Source: Bryobacterales bacterium
GTDB lineage: Bacteria; Acidobacteriota; Terriglobia; Bryobacterales; UBA6623
Assembly: GCA_963422375.2 (NCBI GenBank)
Contig: OY729427.2
Coordinates: forward strand, 1,728,001-1,792,000
Direction: 5' to 3'
Length of the DNA: 64,000 bases
The notes under the pieces were generated by a model. That model saw only the letters and a list, made by a program, of their open reading frames with translations. It had not been told where the DNA came from and did not search any database. Below are positions 49,141 to 60,702 of the stretch, piece by piece. Each line of letters starts with the position of its first letter. Position 1 is the stretch's first letter. A program made the position numbers and the translations under genes.

Positions 49141-52100
49141 ACAGGAACTCCTTGAAGTTGAACAGCGCATGCGCGAAGCCGCTCCACACCCGCGGCTCGC
49201 CGAGGACATCGCGCTCCGCGGTGCCCTCCTCGTCGGCGAAGCGGGCCACGAAGGCCGTCGCCTCGGCCCGTTCCGCGTCCGAAGGCGGGCGTCCTAGGGC
49301 CTTGCGGTACATGTAGGCGACCCGGCTGGCGACGGTGAGGCCCTCGCCCGCCGCCAGCCGCTTGCCCCAGGCCTTGGCGGATTCGACCACGAACGGGCTG
49401 TTCATCATCGCGAGCGACTGTGCCGGGACGTTCGTTTCGTCGCGGCGACCGCGGGTGGTCGAGGGGGTGGGCTGGTCGAACACCTCCAGGAACGGGTTGG
49501 TGCGGTTGCGGCGGATCTCTTGGTAGACGCTGCGCCGGTCGTCACCGTAGGGCGAGGAGGGCGGCCCCTTGATCTCGTCGTACATGCTGCGGGAGTCGGG
49601 AGGCGAACCGTACATGCGACGGTCCAGCCTGCCCGACACAGCTAGGACGGAGTCCCGGATCGCCTCGGCTTCGAGGCGGCGGACGGGCATGTGCTGCAGC
49701 AGGGCGTTCGATGGATCGGACGCCAGCGCGGCCGCGGACGGCGTGCTCCGCATCCGGTAGGTGCTGGTGCTGACCAGGCGTTCTATGAGGCGCTTGATGG
49801 ACCAGCCGTCCCGGACGAACGTGGCGGCGAGATAGTCCAGCAGTTCGGGGTGAGACGGTCGCTCGCCGAGCGCGCCGAAATTGTCGGGCGTCGCGACGAT
49901 TCCGCGCCCGAACAGGTGCTGCCAGACGCGGTTCGCCATCACGCGGGCGGTCAGCGGGTTGGACGGGTTCGCTACCTCCTCGGCCAGTCGCAGCCGCACC
50001 GAGCCGGCGTCGGCGTAGGCGGCCCCTCCCAGCGCGGTCAGGAACCGTCGCGGCACCGGGTCGCCGGGCCTCGCGGGATCCCCTCGGATCAGGAGCGGCT
50101 GGTCGGGCGCACTCTCCTCGACGATGCCCGGAAACCTTCGCGGGACGGGAATCCGCGACTCCAGGCGCCGGTACTCCGCGAGGAGGGGGCCCGCGCCGTC
50201 GATCTCGTCGGCCGACCTCGGCAGCAGGCCGCGTCGCGCGAGGTAGTCGAGGAAGGCCGCCTGGCGTTCGTCGAGGCCGCCGGCGCCCCAAGCGCGGGCC
50301 GCGGTCCTGACCCTAGCGGCGAATACGCGCGGGAGCTCTTCGGGCGCCCTGGGAGCCTCGCCGTCCAGGAAGTACAGGACGGGCTCGACCGTCGACCGCG
50401 GCGTGACCTTGTCGTTATGGAAGGCGACTGCGGACGCGCCGATAGCCGAACGGCTGTGCTTGGGGCGCTCGGGACGCGGCTCCTTGGCGCCGTCGACAGG
50501 GTCGAGGACAAAGTTGGTCGCGTCCTCCCGCGTCGCGAATTCGACGTAGCCGGTAAAGCCTTTCCAGAAGTCCGTCTTCCAGCTCCACCACCGCATGGTG
50601 TCGCTGCGCGGGCTGTAGCGCTGGTGGTAGATTCCGCCGAGAGGCAGCGAGTAGTTCTCGACGATGAGCCGCGCGAAGCTGAAGGCGCTGCCCAGGACCC
50701 GCACGCTTACGTAGTCGGTGTCGATCTCGAAGCGCGGCGACTGCATCACCCCGGCGTGCTTGGTCGACAGCAGGTGCGTGTAGGCCCCGCCCGGATAGAT
50801 TCCTTCCAGGACGAGATCGCCCTCGCGGATGACTTGGAACTCGCCGGGAGCCGAAGGGGCCTCGCGGAAGCCCGCGCCGTGGCCGATCCAATCGCGGTAG
50901 TCGCTGCCGGCGAGGTCCCAGACGCGCTCGAAGCGCTCCGCATTGAAGGCGGCGCGCGACTCGATTTCGCGGCGCCATTCGTCGCGCAGCTCGAGCCAAG
51001 CCTCTTGGAACAGCCCGCCTTGCTCGTCGGCCAGGCGCATCCATGCGTGGAGCGGGCTGGACTCGTCGCAGGCGGCTTCCTCGAACGCCTGTCGCGTCGC
51101 ACTGTCCTCGCCTTCCCAGAGTCGGCGCCCGATCTCCTGCGACTGCGCGACCCATGCGTCCGCGACGGTCTTGCGGATGCGGTTCTTGAGGACGCCAAGT
51201 TCGTTCGCGTGGAGCTGGAGGCGGCCCGGGGAATCCGCGGTCCGCATGGTTGGTCGCGCTCCGTAGAGCACGCCGAACAGCGCGTAGTAGTCTTGCTGGC
51301 TGATCGCGTCGAACTTGTGGTCGTGGCACCGGGCGCACGACACGGTGAGGCCTTGGAAGGTCTTGGAAAGCACGTCGATCTGGTTGTCCGTCCATTTGAC
51401 GCGTTCTTCCCACGGGTCGACCGGCTGGTAGCCCAGCTCGACCACGCGCAGGTGGGCCGTGCCGAGAATCGACTCGTTGAAGCCCTTCTCGGCGTCGACC
51501 CGGGGGCTCTCGAGCAGGTCGCCCGCGAGGTGCTCGCGGACCAGCTGGTCGTAGGGGACGTCCGCGTTGAAGGCGCGGACGAGATAGTCGCGGAATTGCC
51601 AGGCTTCCGGGACATCGGGATCGCCTTCGCTGCCGTGCGAGTCGGCGTAGCGCATGAGATCCATCCAGCGGCGGGCCCAGTGCTCGCCGAAGCGCTCCGA
51701 GGCGAGCAGGCGCCGGACCAGGCGGGCGTACGCGTCCGGAGACTCGTCGCGCGCGAATTCCTCGGTCTCGGCCGGGGTCGGCGGAAGCCCGGTCAGTCCG
51801 AACGACAGTCGCCGGATGAGCGTCTGCCTGTCGGCCGGAGGAGCCGGCCGAAGCCCCTCCGCCTCGAGCTTCGTCAGGACGAAGCGGTCGATCGGGTCGG
51901 CCGGCCAGTCTTCGAGCGTGACCCGAGGCGCTTCGACGGCGCGGACGGGCTGCCAGGCCCAGTGCGCCTGCTTGCGCGCTTCTAGATCGAACACATCGCC
52001 TGACGCTGCGGGTGCCTGCTCGTCCGGCCAAGGCGCTCCCATGCCAATCCACTCCGCTATGTCGTCGATCCTGGCCTCGGGGAGGCGGCCGCTAGGCGGC

Positions 52101-52429
52101 ATCAGCACGGGCGTGCCCCGAAGCACTTGGATGAGGCGGCTGCCTGCCGGGTCCCCGGCCAGCACGGCCGGTCCGGAGTCTCCTCCCGCGAGCACCGCTT
52201 GGCCGCTGTCCAGCCGCAGCCCGGCGAAGGCTGCTTCGACCTCCGAGCTATGGCACGCGTAGCAATGCTCCGCTAGGACCGGTCGAACCTTCGACTCGAA
52301 GAACTCCAGGTCAGCAGCCGAGGGCGTGGCGGCGCTGGCGCTTCCTGCCGTCCCCGCGGGAACGAGCGTCGCCACGGCGAGCGTCGGGATCCGGACCGCG
52401 GTTCGAAGACTGGCCCAAGGAATCGTCAT
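49130..52429 (-). CDS. Planctomycete cytochrome c / DUF1549 / DUF1553 (PSD1) protein
   Basis: [53 protein letters not shown]. Confidence 0.92.
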   Translation of the reverse strand: MTIPWASLRTAVRIPTLAVATLVPAGTAGSASAATPSAADLEFFESKVRPVLAEHCYACHSSEVEAAFAGLRLDSGQAVLAGGDSGPAVLAGDPAGSRLIQVLRGTPVLMPPSGRLPEARIDDIAEWIGMGAPWPDEQAPAASGDVFDLEARKQAHWAWQPVRAVEAPRVTLEDWPADPIDRFVLTKLEAEGLRPAPPADRQTLIRRLSFGLTGLPPTPAETEEFARDESPDAYARLVRRLLASERFGEHWARRWMDLMRYADSHGSEGDPDVPEAWQFRDYLVRAFNADVPYDQLVREHLAGDLLESPRVDAEKGFNESILGTAHLRVVELGYQPVDPWEERVKWTDNQIDVLSKTFQGLTVSCARCHDHKFDAISQQDYYALFGVLYGARPTMRTADSPGRLQLHANELGVLKNRIRKTVADAWVAQSQEIGRRLWEGEDSATRQAFEEAACDESSPLHAWMRLADEQGGLFQEAWLELRDEWRREIESRAAFNAERFERVWDLAGSDYRDWIGHGAGFREAPSAPGEFQVIREGDLVLEGIYPGGAYTHLLSTKHAGVMQSPRFEIDTDYVSVRVLGSAFSFARLIVENYSLPLGGIYHQRYSPRSDTMRWWSWKTDFWKGFTGYVEFATREDATNFVLDPVDGAKEPRPERPKHSRSAIGASAVAFHNDKVTPRSTVEPVLYFLDGEAPRAPEELPRVFAARVRTAARAWGAGGLDERQAAFLDYLARRGLLPRSADEIDGAGPLLAEYRRLESRIPVPRRFPGIVEESAPDQPLLIRGDPARPGDPVPRRFLTALGGAAYADAGSVRLRLAEEVANPSNPLTARVMANRVWQHLFGRGIVATPDNFGALGERPSHPELLDYLAATFVRDGWSIKRLIERLVSTSTYRMRSTPSAAALASDPSNALLQHMPVRRLEAEAIRDSVLAVSGRLDRRMYGSPPDSRSMYDEIKGPPSSPYGDDRRSVYQEIRRNRTNPFLEVFDQPTPSTTRGRRDETNVPAQSLAMMNSPFVVESAKAWGKRLAAGEGLTVASRVAYMYRKALGRPPSDAERAEATAFVARFADEEGTAERDVLGEPRVWSGFAHALFNFKEFLYVR

Positions 52430-52636
52430 GGCACGCTCAACACCTTACAGGTCCGTGACGGCAGGTACCGGCGCGAGATCGCTGAAGCCCGGGCCGCGCC
52501 TGATCAACCTTGGCCTGGACGAAGGGCTCCCTGCTTCCAGCTGCCGTTTCCCAGAGGCTTGCTAGCTGCCTGCCCCGGGGGCGATAATCGAGGCGGGATA
52601 TGGCCCCTCGGCCCCGAGAACGCGTCCCCTTCTCAA

Positions 52637-53968
52637 ATGAGCACTTCCCGTCGCACGTTCATGACCTCAGCGGCCATCGGCTCCGCCCTACCGATGACTG
52701 CCGCGTCCGCTAGTCGCATCCTAGGGGCCAACGACCGAATCCGTCTCGGTCTGATCGGGTGCGGCGGGATGGGGCGCGGCGACCTGCGCGACATGCTGCG
52801 CGCCGGCAAGACCGAGGCCGTGGCGCTGTGCGATGTCGATGACTCCCAGATCGAGAAGACACAGAAGTCGGTAGTGGCGGCGTCCGGCCAGAACGCCGAG
52901 TTCGGTACGAGCGACTTCCGGCGCGTGGTCGAACGCGATGACATCGACGCAGTCATCGTCGCGACGCCTGACCACTGGCACGCCATCCCCACGGTAGAGG
53001 CATGCAAGGCCGGCAAGGACGTGTACGTCGAGAAGCCGCTCGCGATCACGGTATGGGAGGGCCGCCAGATGGTTGACGCAGCTCGCAAGCACGAGCGCGT
53101 CGTCCAGATGGGTACTCAGCAGCGGTCGGGCGCCCAGTATCTCGCCGCCAAGGAATACATCGACAGCGGCAGGCTCGGCCGAGTGCGCCTAGTGCGGTGC
53201 TGGGCCTACCTGGACTGGAAGGGCGAGACACCCCATATGCCGGACGGGCCCGCACCCGACGGCGTCGATTACGACATGTGGCTCGGCCCGGCCCCGGAGC
53301 GGCTGTATAACCGCAACCGCTTCCACTTCAACTTCCGATGGTACTGGGACTACTCCGGCGGTCTGATGACCGACTGGGGCGCGCACATGATTGACATCGC
53401 CAACTGGTACATGGGTATCAAGTCGCCGACCTCCGCGATGTCGGTCGGCGGCAAGTTCGCCTACCCTCAGGACGCGATGCAGACTCCGGACACGCAGCAG
53501 GTGCTGTACGAGTTCCCGGATTTCTCGATGGTCTGGGAGCACGCGCTGGGCGTTGGCCGCGGGCCCGCTGACCGCGAGCACGGCGTCATGCTGCACGGCG
53601 AGAACGGCATCCTGATCGTGGACCGGCAGGGCTGGGAAGTGCTGCCCGAAACCGACCGCATCGGCAAGCGGGTGCGGGAATACAAGGCGCCGGGCGTGCC
53701 GCACCAGGCCTACCGGCCCGACCGGGAGAACATGCATCAGGACCACGTCGAGAACTTCCTAGATTGCATGCGCACCCGGGAGCGCCCTCGGTCTGACGTG
53801 GAACTGAGCCACGACTCGATGATCGGCTGCCACCTTGGCAACGCGGCGCTGCGAACGGGCCGTCGGGTCTACTGGGACGTCGACAGGGAACGGGTCGTAG
53901 ACGACCCGGAGGCCGAGGCGATCATGTACAGGCGCCCCTACCGCAAGCCGTGGAAGCTCAGGGTGTAG
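52637..53968 (+). CDS. Gfo/Idh/MocA oxidoreductase with Tat signal
   Basis: SRRTF, GLIGCGGMG, ATPDHWH, YVEKP, GTQQRS, DWGAHMID. Confidence 0.93.
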   Translation: MSTSRRTFMTSAAIGSALPMTAASASRILGANDRIRLGLIGCGGMGRGDLRDMLRAGKTEAVALCDVDDSQIEKTQKSVVAASGQNAEFGTSDFRRVVERDDIDAVIVATPDHWHAIPTVEACKAGKDVYVEKPLAITVWEGRQMVDAARKHERVVQMGTQQRSGAQYLAAKEYIDSGRLGRVRLVRCWAYLDWKGETPHMPDGPAPDGVDYDMWLGPAPERLYNRNRFHFNFRWYWDYSGGLMTDWGAHMIDIANWYMGIKSPTSAMSVGGKFAYPQDAMQTPDTQQVLYEFPDFSMVWEHALGVGRGPADREHGVMLHGENGILIVDRQGWEVLPETDRIGKRVREYKAPGVPHQAYRPDRENMHQDHVENFLDCMRTRERPRSDVELSHDSMIGCHLGNAALRTGRRVYWDVDRERVVDDPEAEAIMYRRPYRKPWKLRV

Positions 53969-54245
53969 GTGGCGCAGTCCGGCCGAGCCGCGGTCAGATG
54001 CATCTGGCGCCTCGAAAATTGAGCTAGGAGAAGTCAAGTGCCTGCCTAGGACACCCTTCGCAGGCACTCTGGAAATCCCGAATTGCCTCAATGTAGAGTC
54101 CCTACCCACCCGGCACGGCTGCGCTTGGGCAGTCTAGGATTCGGTAGCCAACGGGTCAGAGGCGGCTCCGATTGTAGCTAGATCCCGGATCGAGTAGAAT
54201 CGGTGGGGAGCGTGCCGGGGGCACGCAGAGGAGAAAGGTATCTCT

Positions 54246-57200
54246 ATGAACCGGAACAAGCATCCCATCTTGGCGGCGCTGTTCGCCACGGCGCTCGTGC
54301 TCGTGCCTGTCGCGGCGAATGCCCAGACCACGAACGCGGCGCTCGTCGGCGACGTGACTGACGAGAGCGGCGCGTTGGTGCCAGGTGCGACGGTCACCGT
54401 CACGAACACCGACACCGGAGTCCAGCGCTCAGTCTCCACGAACGAAAGGGGCGCGTACCGCGCCTACCCGGTCCAGCCGGGCACATACGAGATCGCTGCC
54501 TCGAGCGAGGGCTTCAAGACCCGCGTGCAGGGCGGCGTGATTGTCCAAGTTGCCGCGACTGTCAAGGTTGACCTCAGGTTGGAACTCGGGCAGGTGACCG
54601 AGACCGTCGAGGTGACGGGCCAGGTGCCCGTGCTCCAAACACAGGACGCCTCGGTCGGAGGCACCGTGACTACGACCGAGATCGAGCGGATTCCTGTCAA
54701 CGGTCGCAACTACACCCGCCTGATCCTGATGATGCCCGGTACCAGCGGCATGACTTACAGCCAGTCGCGCGGCACCCAGTCCGGCACGATGCTGATCTCG
54801 GTCAACGGTGCCCGCCCGCAGGACAACAACTTCACGATGGACGGCGTGGACAACAACATGATGATGATGAACTCGCCCGGCGGCACGCCACCGATGGACG
54901 CCATCCAGGAGTTCCGTGTGGCGACCAATAACAACGCCGAGTTCGGTCGCTCGATGGGCGCAAACGTCAACATCGCGATCAAGTCCGGCACTAGGGACCT
55001 GCACGGCTCAGCCTACTGGTACGTGCGCAACGACAAGTTCGACGCCAACGACTTCTTCGCGAACCGCAGCGGATCCGGCAAGGTTGCCTTCAGGCAGAAC
55101 CAGTACGGCGGCGCGGTTGGCGGCCCGGTGCCGAGCCTGCGCGACAGCACGTTCTGGTTCTTCAACTGGGAGGGCTATCGCTATCGACGTGGCAACAACG
55201 CCCTCGCGAACTTTCCGACGCAGCTCCAGAGGAATGGAGATTTCTCCGAATTCACGCAGAATATCTACAACCCTTTTTCGGGCCGTGCCGACGCGGACGG
55301 TCACGTCGTGCGAGATCTGTTCGAGAACAAGACCATCCCTCAATCGCTGCACCATCCCGCGATCACGTCGTTCCTCGACATCATGATTCCTCTGCCTAAC
55401 CGTCCTGGAATCTCGCAGAACTACATCAACACTACCTCGGCGCAAAATGACAGGGACTTCTACATAATGCGCGGCGATCACACAGCGGGAGAGAAGGACT
55501 CATTTTCAGTTCGCTACCTGCATCAGAACGTCTCGACATTTTCGCCAAGCTCGAATCCACATCTCTCAAGGGAGAATGATTTCGACGTACGAAATCTGTC
55601 CACACAGTGGACCCGCTTGTTGACTGCGGCGTCGATTCTCGAGGTCCGGTTCGGTTACAACGCGCCTTGGAATCCCAACTGCACCAACAACTCGGCGATT
55701 GACAGACCCGCGTTTTTGGATCGCACTGGGATCCAAATGTTCCAGCGCGAAGTCCTGTGCTCCCCAATTCCCAACATGAGTTCGGACGGAGAGTTCAGCG
55801 CCGGTGGCGGAGGCACGAACACGGGCGACAAAGTCTGGCAGTTCATATCGAACTACTCCAACGTTATGGGTGCCCACTCGATCAAGTTTGGCGTGAACTA
55901 TAGCCGGAGGCATTTCTATACCAACACATCCAACCCGATGAATGGAAACCTGTGGTTCAACGGGGAGCTGACCTCGCTGTACAGCGATCCAGGCTCGGGT
56001 TTCAGCACGGCGAGTATGCTGCTGGGCACGCCGCGACAGTTCCGTCGCTCCACGGGCGAGACCATTACGAACGGACGGATCAATGCTTGGCAGTTCTACC
56101 TTCAAGACGACTGGCGCGCAACTTCGAAGCTGACCATCAATCTAGGCTTGCGGTACGAGTACAACAATCCGCCGTACGACACCACCGATCAGCTCGGGAA
56201 TCTTTGGGTGACACCCAACCCGGTGACTGGAAGCCTTGGCCGACTGATGTGGTCGACGGTCAACCCGGAGGTTGACCCGGAGACTGGCGAGCGCAATCAG
56301 CCGGCTCGCAGGCTAGGGACGACTCGCGCATTGATGTTCGCCGACCGCAACAATTTCGGACCGCGCGCTGGCATTGCGTACCAGATCGACAACAGAACAG
56401 TCATCCGCACCGGGATCGGTGCGTTCTACAACTCCACGTTCGTGCAAGAGCTGCAGGACCTGCGCAAGTTCTGGCCCTACACGCCTCAGCAAGTGGCCAC
56501 GGTCAATACCATTACGGATGAGTCCCCCCGTCCGACATTCTTCGCTGACAATGCCGGGCCTTCGTATTCATCGACCGCGGCGATCGGCGGATGGCCTCAG
56601 AACCCCACCAACCGCTCGCCCTACTCGGTCCAGTGGAATTTCTCCCTCCAGCGGGAGCTGGTCGAGGATCTTTCTCTAAACGTCGGGTACGTGGGGTCGT
56701 CGAGCAAGAAGCAGATCGGCTACACGGCGATCAACACCCCGATGACGCCGGGTCCCGGCGCGATACAGCCCCGTCGGTTCATGCCCGATTTCGGCAACGT
56801 CGATGGCGGAAACAACCGCTTCTCGGGCGAGTACAATTCGCTCCAAGTTGAGCTGAACAAGCGCTTCAGCAGGGGGCTAGGCTTCCGCATGAATTACACG
56901 TGGTCCAAGGCGATGGACGAACAGTCCTCGCTGGCCGAGTGGAAGACGCAGGACCCGTTCAACATTCGCAACGACTGGTCGCGGTCCAGCTGGGACCTGC
57001 AGCACGTGTTCCAAGTGGTCTACATGTGGGACCTGCCTTTTGGTCGAGGCCGTCGCTGGGGCGGAGACTGGAGTGGCGTAGCAAACGCGGCGCTCGGTGG
57101 ATGGGCGCTGGAAGGCTTCACACGCTTCAACTCGGGGCCGCCGGTCAATGTGCTTTCCGGCCGGGACATCGCCAACGTCGGACGTTCCTACCAGCGCCCC

Positions 57201-57545
57201 GACGTCACCTGCGATCCGAATCAAGGCCCGAAGACTGCTGAGCGATGGTACAACGTAGACTGCTTCCAGTTCCCGAAGCAGTACACGTATGGAAACGCGG
57301 GTGCGTCGTTCGTGGAGGCTCAGGGGATCAACTCCTGGGACGTCTCACTCGCCAAGCAGTTCCGCGTGGCCGAGGGGCACCAAGTTACCTTGCGGGCAGA
57401 GTTCTTCAACACGTTCAACACAACTCACTTCCGCAAGCCAGGGAGCAACAGGAACGACACGCTGGCGTCCGGTTCCGTAGGGAGAATATTTAGGACGCAA
57501 GTAGCGCCACGACAGATTCAATTTGTTCTGCGCTACGAATTCTAA
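54246..57545 (+). CDS. TonB-dependent receptor, Oar/acidobacterial type with N-terminal carboxypeptidase-regulatory-like domain
   Basis: Signal peptide; GDVTDESGALVPGATVT, AIQEFRV, KSGT, QDDWR...NLGLRYE, FGPRAGIAY; C-terminal RQIQFVLRYEF; GAAAGG RBS. Confidence 0.95.
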   Translation: MNRNKHPILAALFATALVLVPVAANAQTTNAALVGDVTDESGALVPGATVTVTNTDTGVQRSVSTNERGAYRAYPVQPGTYEIAASSEGFKTRVQGGVIVQVAATVKVDLRLELGQVTETVEVTGQVPVLQTQDASVGGTVTTTEIERIPVNGRNYTRLILMMPGTSGMTYSQSRGTQSGTMLISVNGARPQDNNFTMDGVDNNMMMMNSPGGTPPMDAIQEFRVATNNNAEFGRSMGANVNIAIKSGTRDLHGSAYWYVRNDKFDANDFFANRSGSGKVAFRQNQYGGAVGGPVPSLRDSTFWFFNWEGYRYRRGNNALANFPTQLQRNGDFSEFTQNIYNPFSGRADADGHVVRDLFENKTIPQSLHHPAITSFLDIMIPLPNRPGISQNYINTTSAQNDRDFYIMRGDHTAGEKDSFSVRYLHQNVSTFSPSSNPHLSRENDFDVRNLSTQWTRLLTAASILEVRFGYNAPWNPNCTNNSAIDRPAFLDRTGIQMFQREVLCSPIPNMSSDGEFSAGGGGTNTGDKVWQFISNYSNVMGAHSIKFGVNYSRRHFYTNTSNPMNGNLWFNGELTSLYSDPGSGFSTASMLLGTPRQFRRSTGETITNGRINAWQFYLQDDWRATSKLTINLGLRYEYNNPPYDTTDQLGNLWVTPNPVTGSLGRLMWSTVNPEVDPETGERNQPARRLGTTRALMFADRNNFGPRAGIAYQIDNRTVIRTGIGAFYNSTFVQELQDLRKFWPYTPQQVATVNTITDESPRPTFFADNAGPSYSSTAAIGGWPQNPTNRSPYSVQWNFSLQRELVEDLSLNVGYVGSSSKKQIGYTAINTPMTPGPGAIQPRRFMPDFGNVDGGNNRFSGEYNSLQVELNKRFSRGLGFRMNYTWSKAMDEQSSLAEWKTQDPFNIRNDWSRSSWDLQHVFQVVYMWDLPFGRGRRWGGDWSGVANAALGGWALEGFTRFNSGPPVNVLSGRDIANVGRSYQRPDVTCDPNQGPKTAERWYNVDCFQFPKQYTYGNAGASFVEAQGINSWDVSLAKQFRVAEGHQVTLRAEFFNTFNTTHFRKPGSNRNDTLASGSVGRIFRTQVAPRQIQFVLRYEF

Positions 57546-57559
57546 CTGTCACACCTAGG

Positions 57560-57594
57560 TTCAAGCTCGGACGCGTCAAGTGTCCGAGCTTGAA
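57560..57594 (+). terminator. Stem-loop after the TonB-dependent receptor gene
   Basis: 13-bp perfect stem TTCAAGCTCGGAC / GTCCGAGCTTGAA starting 15 bp after the stop. Confidence 0.7.
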
Positions 57595-57925
57595 TCGCAG
57601 TTATATATTTGCTGGTCTCGGTGCGGCGAATATTGGTCGGCAACCGACGGATTCCTAGGTCCCTGGCTGACAATGCAGCAGGGATGAATGCCGGGCTGCT
57701 ACGAGCACCGTGCGATTAGCCGTCACGCTGCCTGCGATCAAATGTACGGGAGCCCTCAATCGTGACCGACCTCTGCGGTCGTTTCAGAATACGGTGAGCT
57801 GTCGCGACGGAACCCTCCGACTGGCTCCGTTCGCCGATAAAGGCTCCTGGTTGAAGCTCTCGCGGCAGACGGCGCAAGGAGCTCCGGATCGAGCATGTTG
57901 CCTGCGAATCGGTCGGGAGAGCGAG

Positions 57926-58845
57926 CTAGCCAGACTGGCCGGACATGAGCGGAGTGAGGTTGTCGCCAAGTATATCCTCAGCTTCATGCGTGTGCAGGCC
58001 GCGCGAGCGCACTGCCTTGCACTGGGTCTCGAATACGCCTCGGTTCCAGCCCCCAGGAAAGAAGGACGAGTCGGAACCGAAAAGGAGTCGTTCCGGCTCG
58101 ACCACGTCTAGCGTGCGTCCGAACACCTCGCTCAGGCTCGGTCTCGGCAGAAGATACTTCGTCCAGCTGTTAGTGCTGGACGTGTCGAGGTATACATTCC
58201 TCGCCAGATCGGCCAGCATCAGCGCCTCGCGGAAGAAGCCCGCTCCGAAATGGGGGATCACGAACGTCGTCGCCGGATGCGCGAGGCCCACGGGGGGCAG
58301 GTCAACCGGGTTTGAGCGGCTCAGGTCGAACCTCGACGCGAGTCCCAGCCTCGCCCTGACGCCGACTGTCAGGACTGCCGCGTGCACGAACACGACACGC
58401 CCCGACAGCCGGCCCGCCATCTCGTACATTCGTACAGGGGCGCGAGGCGCTCGGCTTGAACCGAGAGTCGGTGCATGGCCGGGGAGTGGCAGAGCCCTCG
58501 CAGCCCGAATCCCACGAACGCTCTCTCGGCTCGTTGCCGAGCCCCGTCCGCGAGCGGGTCGAGCATGAAGTAGCCGTGAAACCGGTGCGGAAAGGCCCCG
58601 ACAGCGTCCGCGACCGACGATTCGCCGCCCGGCACGCGGGCCATCGGCACTGACATGGACACGCCGTGCCGGTCCAGCTCACGGGCCCAGTCGCCGGGTA
58701 GTTCCGCGTTGCTCGCCGACGGAGGGTCCCACCCGGGGGACGCGACCATTGGTCCACGTCCGCCGCGCCCTTCTGCCGGGCCAGCGCCTCGAAGAATGAT
58801 CGGGAGAATGGGTGCGCGTGGGCGTCCTGGACTGCGACCTCACCC
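57926..58845 (-). pseudogene. Amidohydrolase_2 family protein, frameshifted
   Basis: QDAHAH, ELDRHGV, FHGYFMLDP, IPHFGAG, VYLDTS and LLFGSDS in three different frames. Confidence 0.8.
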
Positions 58846-59133
58846 CAGGGAGCTTGTACGCGCTCGGTCCCGCCCGCCGGATATCGCCGGCACGAAATGC
58901 ACCTCGGAGTCTTCCTCCACGTCGTCCAGCATGCCGAGCGTGCTGACCTCGCCGTCGATAGCCACGGAGATACTGCGCCGAAGCTGCTCGCCGTCAAGCA
59001 GGCGGCTCCGCAATGCGGGAAAGCGCGCCGTCAAGTCGTCCGCGACCTCTCGGACGGTAGAGCCGCTGGTATGGACGATCTCGCAGCCGTCCGCGAGCGG
59101 GCGCAGCATGGAGGGAATGTAAACGGTGGGCAT
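58840..59133 (-). CDS. MoaD/ThiS ubiquitin-like sulfur carrier with a 10-aa tail after Gly-Gly
   Basis: MPTVYIPSMLR...TVREV...FPAL...VHFVPAISGG followed by RDRARTSSLG. Confidence 0.85.
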   Translation of the reverse strand: MPTVYIPSMLRPLADGCEIVHTSGSTVREVADDLTARFPALRSRLLDGEQLRRSISVAIDGEVSTLGMLDDVEEDSEVHFVPAISGGRDRARTSSLG

Positions 59134-59277
59134 GCGGGAATCGATCATTATGCACTGACAGCGGGGGACCGTCGGCGTGGAACGGCGACCGGACGGGGCG
59201 GGCGAGAAGGCTAATCGCGCGGCGATCACCTCGCAACTGCCGCCCCCGATGCCGAGGAACGGGTCGTCGCTGGTGGC

Positions 59278-59481
59278 ATGCGGATGTACAACACAGATGG
59301 CCCTTTCTTAGCCGAGCGCCACAATTGCATCCCGTCGCACCGACGGGCCGCCCTCGACGAAGTTCTCGGGCTGATCCGCCAGTGGAAGTACTTCAGCCTA
59401 GACCCCCCGGGCCAGTCGCGCAAGACCTCGGCGCCACTCGCGCTGCAGGATTTGCTCAGCGGCAGCGCCAAGGCCGACTGA
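59278..59481 (+). pseudogene. N-terminal remnant of an AAA-like ATPase
   Basis: MRMYNTDGP...LDEVLGLIRQWKYF...PGQSRKTS resembles the FNTAGP...APRQTGKTS N-terminus of this family. Confidence 0.65.
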
Positions 59482-59887
59482 CGCTGCGCTAAGTGGTCCA
59501 TTGAGTGACAACGGGTGGGATAGTCGCGGGATGTCTGCTGCATGCATGGGCGGATGCGACACTCCCAGCCCGCCACATGCAAGTCGCCAGATGGCGGCGA
59601 GGCCGCTCTGGGCCTACGGCCGTGCCCGTGCTCCGCTGTTCTTCGCGACACTGCCCTCTCCCTCGTTGCCGTTCCGCGAACCGACGCGCTGCAGTCAGCC
59701 GCTGGACTGTCCGACGGACCAGGGCCACCTCATCTGCCCGCGCAGACAATGATCCCAAGGCACCTTAGAGCCCAAATTGAGAATTGATGATCAACGGACA
59801 TGCGAATGACTCAGCGGTTCCCTTCCGAACACACAGGAATACGCAGGCCAGCGGCAGGGTTGGCAGACTCGGGCGACTGCGCGGAAG

Positions 59888-60148
59888 TCAGACCAGCGGG
59901 GCAATCTTGCCGGGATCAGCGTTGCGCGCAGCCCGTCCCCACGCCTCCATCAATTCCGCTCGGTGAGACGATGCCCACTCCAACACCAGACCTAGCGCGC
60001 GGCGCGGCAGATCGCCCCTCAGAACAGTTAGCTCCGGAATTCCGATCACGGCAGTCGACCCGCCGTAAGCCGCGTGAAAATGCGGTGAATGGTGATCAGC
60101 GCAGTACATCCTGACGACGATTCCCTAGAACTGGGTCAGCTCAGGCAT
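59888..60148 (-). pseudogene. DUF4160 protein (putative toxin) with in-frame TAG at codon 8
   Basis: MPELTQF*GIVVRMYCADHHSPHFHAAYG...GDLPRRALGLVLEWA...IAPL. Confidence 0.8.
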
Positions 60149-60440
60149 TTCGGGTGGGCCCTTGGGGTCGGAGAACAGCTCTGACGGGCTCGTGCCTGTA
60201 AGACGCAGGTACATGGCGTCCGGGCAGAGGTCCAGCCGGTCGCTCCAGCTGATCGAGCCGTCTGGACCGATCCGAACGGACGCGAAGAATTCGGGATCGT
60301 TCCAAGATTCGAACACCCCCTTTCCGGCGATGTCAGTCAAGTCGACCTCGCCGCTCACGCCGTCGTCGTACTGCAGCCAGATCCGGAAACCCGAGCGCGT
60401 CTCGACATGCCTGGGGCGAGCCCGACCACTTCCTTCGCTC
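60125..60440 (-). pseudogene. DUF2442 protein (putative antitoxin); 5' end abuts a MITE and the C-terminus reads into the DUF4160 frame
   Basis: FRIWLQYDDGVSGEVDL...GVFESW...ISWSDRLDLCPDAMY. Confidence 0.8.
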
Positions 60441-60447
60441 CTAGTTA

Positions 60448-60702
60448 GTGCCCGTGACAAAACTCGTATCCCCTTGACAACAAAGGCGTTAGGTGCAATC
60501 TCTCAAGTCGAAGATTTCGCTGGAATGCTACGACTAGGCCGAAATCCTGGCGATTCTGGGTAGAGGGCGGAAATCTTCGCGATTGGCGGCTGAGCAACTT
60601 CCGACCTTGGGCGCTATATGTTGTGTTTGTGGCTCCATTCGACCTCAGGATGTAGTATGAAATGCTGATCGGGCCAGAATTCAGGGGTTTTGTCACAAGC
60701 AC
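60448..60702 (-). mobile_element. 255-bp MITE copy c (inverted)
   Basis: Reverse complement of copies a and b; TA on both sides. Confidence 0.92.

Noticed and set aside
49691..51985. 764-aa plus-strand ORF and similar long Arg/Ala/Pro-rich ORFs
   Set aside because: Antisense or alternate-frame artefacts of high-GC coding DNA.
60125..60127. Programmed amber readthrough in DUF4160
   Set aside because: TAG is used as a normal stop in many genes here, and the locus shows other decay.
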